51,627 bases of DNA from Escherichia phage tonijn. Under the pieces are notes generated by a model. It ran no database searches. It saw only the letters and a list, made by a program, of their open reading frames with translations, and had not been told where the DNA came from. Positions 44,823 to 51,627 of the stretch are shown here, in pieces (the first letter of the stretch is position 1; each line of letters begins with the position of its first letter). The DNA lies in sequence record NC_049818.1. One strand, 5' to 3'. Position numbers and translations under genes: made by a program.

Positions 44823-45056
44823 ATGATTAAATACAAATTAACAGTTTCTTTCCGTGATACCGTTATTCATCCTTTCTACAATAGCTTTGTTAACAGCTTT
44901 ACGGTAGAGGCGACAGAGGATCAGCTAGACGGTGACGAAACTTGCATTTCTATTGGAAATGTTGCTTACCCGATTCACAACATTACCAGCATTAAGCGTG
45001 AGGTTGTCGCTGATGAATTACAAAGTGAAGATGACGATCCGGCGAATGGGGCGTAA
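44823..45056 (+). CDS. Hypothetical protein
   Basis: 77-aa ORF; candidate promoter TTGACA (44661-44666) upstream. Confidence 0.45.
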   Translation: MIKYKLTVSFRDTVIHPFYNSFVNSFTVEATEDQLDGDETCISIGNVAYPIHNITSIKREVVADELQSEDDDPANGA

Positions 45057-45198
45057 TTGCCAATCATGCAAACAGGAATATGAATGCGTAGTTGATGCTC
45101 TTGATGAACTGGAAGCAGTAGCAAAAGCAAAAGAGCAATCGGGCGCTAATCCTGAAACACATCAATTTTCAATTAACCTTGTGAGGGCTTTACAATGA
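45013..45198 (+). CDS. Hypothetical Cys-rich small protein (start uncertain)
   Basis: Internal ATG with GAGG RBS in track ORF 44932..45198; overlaps the end of the upstream gene. Confidence 0.3.
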   Translation: MNYKVKMTIRRMGRNCQSCKQEYECVVDALDELEAVAKAKEQSGANPETHQFSINLVRALQ

Positions 45199-45419
45199 TC
45201 GCATTATCTTTCTGCATTGGTTTTATCATGGCTATCATTATCTTTTCCGTTGTCATGCGCTTTGCTTATAAGTTCGTGATTAATAAAGGTTGGTACGCTT
45301 CTGCAATCTGGAGCGAAAAACAAAAGAAATGGCTTGTACGTGGTCAATACCTGATGATCGGTAGCAAGATCCTAAATTCCATTCGAGCCAAAGATGGGAA
45401 AGTAAAATATACAGCTTAA
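45195..45419 (+). CDS. Small membrane protein
   Basis: 74 aa with N-terminal TM segment; followed by a strong terminator. Confidence 0.45.
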   Translation: MIALSFCIGFIMAIIIFSVVMRFAYKFVINKGWYASAIWSEKQKKWLVRGQYLMIGSKILNSIRAKDGKVKYTA

Positions 45420-45422
45420 AAA

Positions 45423-45469
45423 TCACCCGCCGAACGGCGGGTTTTTTATTGCCCGTTGTTTGGTATAAT
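45423..45469 (+). promoter_or_regulatory. Terminator hairpin followed by an extended -10 promoter (TGgTATAAT) for the terminase operon
   Basis: Hairpin cacccgccgaacggcgggtt plus T-tract 45424-45447; TG 45461-45462 and TATAAT 45464-45469; RBS AAGGAGG. Confidence 0.55.
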
Positions 45470-45497
45470 CAGGCATCTAACAAAAGGAGGATTAACA

Positions 45498-46025
45498 ATG
45501 GCTAAAAACGTTGAGCCTGCTGTAAAGGCATTAAATTTCAAAGAGTTATACAATAAAACTTATGGCGATATTGTTACGCTAAACAACCGCCACAAGTACA
45601 CGCCGGAACAGGTTTTTGATATGGCGATCCGCTATTTCACTTGGGCCGAAGAGAATCACATCCAGGCGGCTGAAACTGCTTCCTTTCAGGGTGACGTGTA
45701 CGAGAGCAGAGTTTACAAGCCTCGCGTTTTCACGGTTAACGGATTCAGCTTGTATCTCGGCGTGACTGAGGCAGCCGTAAGCAAATGGCGTAAAGAGCCT
45801 GGATTCTGCGATGTGATGGAGTTTGTTGATAAAGTAATTTACGAGCAAAAATTCCAGCTTGCGGCAAATAACATGATTAACGCTGGATTTATCGGTAAAG
45901 AGATCGGAGTAGAGAAGCCAGCAACAGTGAGCGTTGAAGCGAGCGCGGCAGCTAATGCAAGCATTGACGCAGTAACTGCCGATGAGGTGAAAGAGGCTGT
46001 GATTGATATTCTGGAGCAACTTTAA
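45498..46025 (+). CDS. Terminase small subunit
   Basis: ATG 45498 after AAAAGGAGG; 175 aa immediately upstream of the large terminase gene. Confidence 0.55.
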   Translation: MAKNVEPAVKALNFKELYNKTYGDIVTLNNRHKYTPEQVFDMAIRYFTWAEENHIQAAETASFQGDVYESRVYKPRVFTVNGFSLYLGVTEAAVSKWRKEPGFCDVMEFVDKVIYEQKFQLAANNMINAGFIGKEIGVEKPATVSVEASAAANASIDAVTADEVKEAVIDILEQL

Positions 46026-47593
46026 TGATCATATGGGAAGATTTGACGGCGGCGCAAAAGCGAGCCATTAAAGAAATCAGTGAGCATTCATTCGAAAAGA
46101 TGATCAGGATCTGGTTCCAACTATTACAGGGGCAAAAATTCCAGAGCAACTGGCATTTTAGCTTATTGTGCAGTGAGGTAGAGAAGATCATCAATGGAGA
46201 GTCGCAGAATGTGATTTTCAACATTACGCCAGGTAGCGGCAAGACTGAGATTTTCTCGATCCACATGTCACCCTACGCGTCATTGAAAAGCCGGAAAGTG
46301 AGAAACCTTAACCTTTCGTTTAGTGATGGCCTTGTCCAGCAAAACAGCAACCGGATAAAGGAGATTATCGGTTCTCCTGAGTGGCAAGAGCTATGGCCTG
46401 GAAAACTGGCAAAGGCGAGCGCTAAAGATCTGATAGTCACCGAAGGCGGCAAGGTTAAATTGCAAGTTAACTCACGTTCTATTGGCGGCCAGGTAACAGG
46501 TTTGCGTGGCGGCTATATGGACGATGGTTTTACTGGTATGCTGGTTCTTGACGATCCAGACAAGCCGGATGATATGCTTTCTAAGGTCAAGCGCGAGGCT
46601 ATTCACATGCGGTTAAAAAACACAGTGCGATCGCGTCGAATGAAAGACACCACGCCAATTGTTATGGTGCAACAGCGACTACACGTTAATGATTCCACCT
46701 GGTTCATGCTTAATGGCGGGATGGGTGGTATTGAGTTTAAAGTCGTGAGCATTCCGGCGCTGGTTACGAAAGAATACCGCGAAACGCTTCCTGATTGGTT
46801 GAAGCCTGAATTTGATCGTGATGTGCTGTCAAGTAAGCCAGTGATGATAGATGGCGTCGCTCATTATTCATTTTGGCCTGCGAAGGAAAGCGCGGAGGAG
46901 TTGCTTGCATTGCGCAATGCAGATCCTTACACGTTCGCCAGCCAATACCAACAGCAACCAATCGCGCTTGGCGGGAACGTGTTTAAAACAGAGTGGTTCC
47001 AGTATTACGGCAGCGGCGAAAAGTGCGCACTACCAAAACCGGATCGCTTTGAATACACATTTATTACTGGAGATACCGCGCAGAAGGCCGGAGAGCTTAA
47101 CGACTATTCGGTTTTTTGTTATTGGGGGATGTATAAGAATCGCGTTTACTTCATTGATGGCATTCGCGGAAAGTGGGAAGCGCCGGATCTTGAATTAAAT
47201 TTTATTGCCTTCGTTAACCAGTGCTGGAAGCGCAATAAGGAGTGTGGCAGCTTGCGACGTATCCACATTGAGGATAAGGCCAGCGGCACGGGTTTGATTC
47301 AGGGGGCCAAAAAGAAGATCCCGATTGATATAAATCCCGTTCAGCGAAGCAATGACAAGGTGACGCGAGCAATGGACGCCGCGCCAGTAATGAGGGCCGG
47401 ACGTGTGGCGCTGCCAGAAAATCACCCCATGCTGCCTGAGATACTGGCAGAGGTTGCAGCATTCACTTTTGATGATTCTCATCCCCATGATGATATTGTC
47501 GATAATATAGTTGATGCTGTTAACGTCGAAATGAACTTGGCAGATGATCCGGTGGCAAGGATGAAAAAGCTGGCTGGTCTACGCAATAAATAG
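46025..47593 (+). CDS. Terminase large subunit
   Basis: Walker A ITPGSGKTE and Walker B MLVLDDPD; 522 aa; followed by portal gene. Confidence 0.8.
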   Translation: MIIWEDLTAAQKRAIKEISEHSFEKMIRIWFQLLQGQKFQSNWHFSLLCSEVEKIINGESQNVIFNITPGSGKTEIFSIHMSPYASLKSRKVRNLNLSFSDGLVQQNSNRIKEIIGSPEWQELWPGKLAKASAKDLIVTEGGKVKLQVNSRSIGGQVTGLRGGYMDDGFTGMLVLDDPDKPDDMLSKVKREAIHMRLKNTVRSRRMKDTTPIVMVQQRLHVNDSTWFMLNGGMGGIEFKVVSIPALVTKEYRETLPDWLKPEFDRDVLSSKPVMIDGVAHYSFWPAKESAEELLALRNADPYTFASQYQQQPIALGGNVFKTEWFQYYGSGEKCALPKPDRFEYTFITGDTAQKAGELNDYSVFCYWGMYKNRVYFIDGIRGKWEAPDLELNFIAFVNQCWKRNKECGSLRRIHIEDKASGTGLIQGAKKKIPIDINPVQRSNDKVTRAMDAAPVMRAGRVALPENHPMLPEILAEVAAFTFDDSHPHDDIVDNIVDAVNVEMNLADDPVARMKKLAGLRNK

Positions 47594-47647
47594 CACTAAT
47601 TGCTAAAAAGTTATATAATCAAGGCTGGATTTTTCCAGCCTTTTTTA
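47588..47647 (+). promoter_or_regulatory. Variant element (ATAGCACTAATTGCTAAAAAG), TATATAAT and terminator-like hairpin
   Basis: TATAAT 47615-47620; hairpin aggctggatttttccagcct 47622-47641 followed by T6. Confidence 0.45.
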
Positions 47648-47663
47648 TTATGGAGATTTGACG

Positions 47664-48956
47664 ATGAGTGAAAAAACAAGGCTAGTTAAGGCCGATGGAT
47701 ACAACGAGATTTTCAAGGGCAGCAAGGGCAATGGGCGTGTGGAGTTGCCTTTCTTTATGCAAGGGTTCGAATACACCACGCACGCTGATTTTTACATTCG
47801 CGACGGCCTAGCAAAACGAATCATCGACGTTGTTCCAGAAGAAATGGTGACACCTGGATTTAATATTGATGGCGTGGAAGATGAGGAGAGTTTTAGATCT
47901 TTGTGGGATGAGAAGCGACTAAACGATAAAATCATTGATGCGCTTTGCTGGTCGCGTCTTTTTGGTGGCGCTGCAATCGTGGCAATCGTTCAGGATGGCA
48001 GGGCATTAAAGTCACCTGTAGCGCCTGGTGCAATCCTTGAAGATGTTCGCGTTTACGATCGCTTTCAGGTTCGCGTAGAAAAGCGAGAAACTAATCCGCG
48101 CAAGGTGCGATATGGTGAGCCATTGATTTACACTATTACACCTGGTGCTGACCTGCCAGAATACCAGGTTCACTATTCGCGAGTCTGTATTATCGACGGT
48201 GAGCGGCTACCAAATCAGCGACGTCAATCAAATGATGGATGGGGTGAGTCGATCCTGAATAAGCGACTTGTTGAGGCTATTTGTGATTATAACTACTGCG
48301 AAAACTTAGCAACTCAATTGTTGCGACGTAAGCAACAGGCGGTATGGAAAGCTAAAGGTCTTGCTGATCTTTGTGATGATGATGATGGTGTTAACGCCGC
48401 ACGTTTGCGCCTTGCTCAAGTTGATGATGAGGGTGGCGTGGGCCGTGCGATCGGCATTGATGCGGAAGATGAGGAATATGATGTTTTAAATTCTGATATT
48501 TCCGGCGTCGATTCATTCCTTGAAAAGAAGATGGATCGCATTGTATCTCTTTCCGGCATCCATGAAATCATCCTCAAAAACAAGAACGTTGGCGGTGTTA
48601 GTGCGAGCCAAAACACGGCGCTTGAAACCTTCTACAAGCTGATCGACCGAAAGCGAAAGGAAGAATACAAACCAATCCTTGAATTTCTGATCCCGTTCCT
48701 GATTCAAGAGCAAGAATGGAGTATTCAGTTTGCGCCGTTAAGCGTTCCCAGCGAAAAGGACCAGGCCGAGATCTTGAACAAGAATATTGATTCTTTGAGC
48801 AAGGCTATTGACGGTCAATTCATGGATACAGAGGAGGCGCGCGACACATTGCGAGCCATTGCGCCTAACGTTAAACTAAAAGACGGCAATAACATTAAAT
48901 TACCTGAGCAGGACGTAGAGCCGGAGCCAGGAACAACCGAGGGTAACGATCAATGA
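47664..48956 (+). CDS. Portal protein
   Basis: ATG 47664 after GGAG; 430 aa directly downstream of the large terminase gene. Confidence 0.6.
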   Translation: MSEKTRLVKADGYNEIFKGSKGNGRVELPFFMQGFEYTTHADFYIRDGLAKRIIDVVPEEMVTPGFNIDGVEDEESFRSLWDEKRLNDKIIDALCWSRLFGGAAIVAIVQDGRALKSPVAPGAILEDVRVYDRFQVRVEKRETNPRKVRYGEPLIYTITPGADLPEYQVHYSRVCIIDGERLPNQRRQSNDGWGESILNKRLVEAICDYNYCENLATQLLRRKQQAVWKAKGLADLCDDDDGVNAARLRLAQVDDEGGVGRAIGIDAEDEEYDVLNSDISGVDSFLEKKMDRIVSLSGIHEIILKNKNVGGVSASQNTALETFYKLIDRKRKEEYKPILEFLIPFLIQEQEWSIQFAPLSVPSEKDQAEILNKNIDSLSKAIDGQFMDTEEARDTLRAIAPNVKLKDGNNIKLPEQDVEPEPGTTEGNDQ

Positions 48957-49708
48957 TAGTGAAAGGCGTCGTTAAACAATGGCGCTTTCCTGAAGCAAGC
49001 GAGCGGCAATTGCGCCGCTCAATTCAGGAGGCGATAAGGGATCTTGTTGTGCTGATGCGCAGCAAAACAAAGGAAATGAAATTTGACGCGGACACCGAAG
49101 AAATCAACGCCGCAGAGGATGAGATTAGTAGCTTCGCGTTAAAGCTAATAGCTGGCATCGCCGCATCACTTCCGGCTGTCGGCCTTGCTGTTTATAAATT
49201 CAACGCAAAGCAATTTATTAACGTAGCGAAATCAACGGGAGGCAAGTCAAATTCCGCCGTTATCATCCTTATGGCTATTGGGGCCAATGCGAATGAGAGT
49301 TGGTATAAGACGCTATACGGTCAATGGCATGACATGACGATCGCATCTCTTCAAAAACTATTTGGAAACATCGTGTCTGACTGGTCAACCAATATTAGAT
49401 CGGCAAACTTTCGCGGAATGAGAGATAGTCAGGTTAATGAATTGGCTGGTAAGAGATTTGCAGTGTATAGCTCTTGGGGTAAGACAAGGGCTGAAAATAT
49501 CATAGGCGCTTGGAATAGTAGACTCATGCGCCAGCGTCTTTATGATGCAAAAGTAACTCATTATTTTTGGCATGGTATGCTTGATGACAGAGAACGATTG
49601 CAGCATGTACAATGGGAGGGTAAGCGCATTGCGCTAGATTCTGAACATGATTTTCCTGGTGAGCCTTTCGGTTGTCGTTGTTGGGCCATACCAGATTGGA
49701 ACAGTTAA
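48953..49708 (+). CDS. Minor head protein (Mu F-like / SPP1 gp7-like)
   Basis: 251 aa; C-terminal GEPFGCRCW resembles the conserved C-terminal motif of Mu F-family proteins; position after portal. Confidence 0.55.
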   Translation: MIVKGVVKQWRFPEASERQLRRSIQEAIRDLVVLMRSKTKEMKFDADTEEINAAEDEISSFALKLIAGIAASLPAVGLAVYKFNAKQFINVAKSTGGKSNSAVIILMAIGANANESWYKTLYGQWHDMTIASLQKLFGNIVSDWSTNIRSANFRGMRDSQVNELAGKRFAVYSSWGKTRAENIIGAWNSRLMRQRLYDAKVTHYFWHGMLDDRERLQHVQWEGKRIALDSEHDFPGEPFGCRCWAIPDWNS

Positions 49709-49718
49709 GAGGTGTTAA

Positions 49719-50834
49719 ATGAAGGCAAAACAAAGATTTGATAGCGCCAAAGTAAAGGCGCACTTTGATGATAACGGGTTTTTAGTTGATCGCCCTATCG
49801 TGGCGCGAATTGGTTTACAAGTCTATCAGACTCCTTTCGGTGAGCGCAGAGAATTTCGTCCGGCGTCCGAAGTATTCAAGGCCGACTCGCTCGCCACCTT
49901 CGCAGGTAAGCCAGTCACGGTTGGTCACGTCACGGTAACGCCAGAAAACGCCGAAAAGGTTGTGGTTGGTTCTTGTGCTGGCGCTGGCGTGCCGAACGGG
50001 ATCGGCGTAGAGGTTCCGTTAAGCATTTACTCAAAACGAGCAATCGAAAGCGCGAAGAAGCGAGACACGGCGGAAATTTCAGTTGGTTATACATCGGTTG
50101 ATATTGATAAACCAGGCTGGGGCAATAATAAAACTGGTGAGTACGTTTTCGATGAGGATGTTAGCGAAGACTGGAAACCTGATTCTCCTGATTGGGTTAA
50201 GTTTGATGCAATCCAGACTGAAATCAAGGTAAACCACATCGCGTTAGTTTTCCGAGGTCGAGCTGGCATTGCAAAATTAAACCTTGATAGCCAGCAAGAT
50301 TTTCCGTATAGTGACGACGTTATTAACAACAAAGAGGATCAAATCATGACTGTAAAAATTAAACTGGATGGCGCTGTAGAGTTTGACGTGCCAAAAGCAG
50401 TTGCGGATCACATTGAATCACTGAAAGCTGATGCAAAAGCACAGAAAGAAAAGGCGGACGGCCTGGAAGCTGAGCGAGACGCACTGCAAACCAAAGTAGA
50501 TGGCATTCAGGATCAGATTGATGCCGCAGTCAAGAAGGCCAAAGAAGATGCCGAGCAATATGCTCAATTAGTGGCAGACGCTAAAGAGTTAGGCATCAAG
50601 TGCGACGGCCTGGATGCGAAAGCAATCAAGGTTGCATACATCAAAGAAGTTATGGGTAATGACGTTTCTGATAAAGCTGATGCCTATATCGAAACAGCTT
50701 TCGACATCGCCAAAAACTCTGATAAAATGGCTGCGCAGCGCAAGAGTATTAAAGGTGAATCTTTCGCTAATGAAAAACAGGATGACGCAGGTTGCAAGCT
50801 GAATCCTAACGCTCGTTTTGAGAAACTGAAATAA
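49719..50834 (+). CDS. Prohead scaffold/protease candidate with coiled-coil C-terminal half
   Basis: 371 aa; Ala/Lys/Asp/Glu-rich C-terminal half; position between the MuF-like gene and capsid-associated genes. Confidence 0.4.
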   Translation: MKAKQRFDSAKVKAHFDDNGFLVDRPIVARIGLQVYQTPFGERREFRPASEVFKADSLATFAGKPVTVGHVTVTPENAEKVVVGSCAGAGVPNGIGVEVPLSIYSKRAIESAKKRDTAEISVGYTSVDIDKPGWGNNKTGEYVFDEDVSEDWKPDSPDWVKFDAIQTEIKVNHIALVFRGRAGIAKLNLDSQQDFPYSDDVINNKEDQIMTVKIKLDGAVEFDVPKAVADHIESLKADAKAQKEKADGLEAERDALQTKVDGIQDQIDAAVKKAKEDAEQYAQLVADAKELGIKCDGLDAKAIKVAYIKEVMGNDVSDKADAYIETAFDIAKNSDKMAAQRKSIKGESFANEKQDDAGCKLNPNARFEKLK

Positions 50835-50846
50835 GGAGTAATTAAA

Positions 50847-51356
50847 ATGGCTAAAATTGGAGCAAGTTATTTTGACACTATGGCGCGCGCGCTTCCTGGT
50901 CAGGTATCCGACACGTCGGCATATAACATCGACGGCGCTTGCGTTCTTGACAAGGATGATGGAATCGCTATCCCCGTTGGCGTGGCGGTAAAATTAAAAG
51001 GCGTAGATTCTATGGGTAACAAACTTATCGACGCCATCACTTCAAGCGCTGACGTTCCTTATGGTGTTGCTATTCGATCGCACTTCCAGACAACCGGAGA
51101 AAACGGTCGTATGGTTTATGAAGTTGGTGGAGGCATCAACGTCATGACTGAGGGTAGAGTTTGGATGGTCGTAGATGATTCCGATAAGGCAAAAACTCCA
51201 CAATATCGCGAGCCTGTGAAAATTGATGATTCCACAGGATTTGTTAAAAGTTCTGGAGCAATTACAACGAACTGGATCTTTACTGGCGATAAAACAACTT
51301 ACGGTTCTGGTCAGGATGTGTTGACTTTGTTTGAAGTTCAGGTCTTCCCAAGCTAA
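50847..51356 (+). CDS. Structural (capsid decoration-like) protein, paralog of the junction-spanning gene
   Basis: 169 aa; shares YNIDG, GVA(I/L)RS and W(I)FTGD motifs with the 51407..562 product; terminator 51364-51390 follows. Confidence 0.45.
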   Translation: MAKIGASYFDTMARALPGQVSDTSAYNIDGACVLDKDDGIAIPVGVAVKLKGVDSMGNKLIDAITSSADVPYGVAIRSHFQTTGENGRMVYEVGGGINVMTEGRVWMVVDDSDKAKTPQYREPVKIDDSTGFVKSSGAITTNWIFTGDKTTYGSGQDVLTLFEVQVFPS

Positions 51357-51406
51357 AATCAAGGCGCTCGCTTGAGCGCCTTTTTTATTATGTAAGGAGA
51401 AATGAA

Positions 51407-51627
51407 ATGGCTAAAGATTATTCATCTGTTATGGGTCTTTCTTGCCCTGGTTGTTTGGTTGATTCTACTCGCTACAATATTGATGGTACTGGCGTTTGTG
51501 GTTCTGAATCGATCATTGCTGGTAAGGTTGTTTTCTTTAAGGAGAGAATCGGCGGTTACAACATATTTGTTGACCACAAAGAGGAGGACGCTGTGGTTGC
51601 GGGTGTTGCGCTAAGGAGCAACATAAC
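51407..51627 (+). CDS. 5' part of the structural protein gene that continues at 1..562 (runs off the window end)
   Basis: ATG 51407 eight nt after AAGGAG; no stop before the window end; frame continuity with nt 2 onwards. Confidence 0.45.
   Translation, partial: MAKDYSSVMGLSCPGCLVDSTRYNIDGTGVCGSESIIAGKVVFFKERIGGYNIFVDHKEEDAVVAGVALRSNI

Overview
This window reads as a complete or near-complete genome of a virulent, T1-like siphovirus (lambda-type tail module, no integrase or repressor found), apparently circularly permuted so that one structural gene runs across the window junction (51407..51627 joined to 1..562). All calls are from reading the sequence and the ORF track by eye; no database search or folding was run, so products are motif-based inferences. 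Layout: (1) 0.6-13.9 kb, + strand: major capsid, four head-tail joining genes, then a lambda-like tail set (major tail, chaperone G/GT with a -1 frameshift, tape measure, M, L, K, I, J). (2) 13.9-15.1 kb, - strand: a three-gene cassette starting with a lipoprotein. (3) 15.1-28.9 kb: exonuclease, Erf-type annealing protein and SSB; a - strand tail fiber with a C-terminal S74-type chaperone domain; primase; an HTH protein; SF2 helicase; VRR-NUC nuclease; Dam-type methyltransferase; an HTH-metallophosphoesterase; holin, SAR endolysin and unimolecular spanin. (4) 29.0-36.05 kb, - strand: small early genes plus a P-loop ATPase and a compact C5-methyltransferase-like protein. (5) 36.7-45.4 kb, + strand: small early genes plus HNH endonuclease, HAD phosphatase and dNMP-kinase-like protein. 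(6) 45.5-51.6 kb: terminase small and large subunits, portal, MuF-like protein, scaffold/protease candidate and two paralogous structural proteins. The most striking non-coding signal is a 20-bp element (AATAGCACTTTTTGTTAAAAC) present about 20 times at gene boundaries, usually with the upstream stop codon embedded and followed by a GC-rich dyad and a -10-like hexamer. Two divergent control regions (about 15.1-15.6 kb and 36.06-36.74 kb) look like diverged duplicates, each ending in a near-consensus sigma70 promoter. No tRNA genes or CRISPR arrays were recognised.
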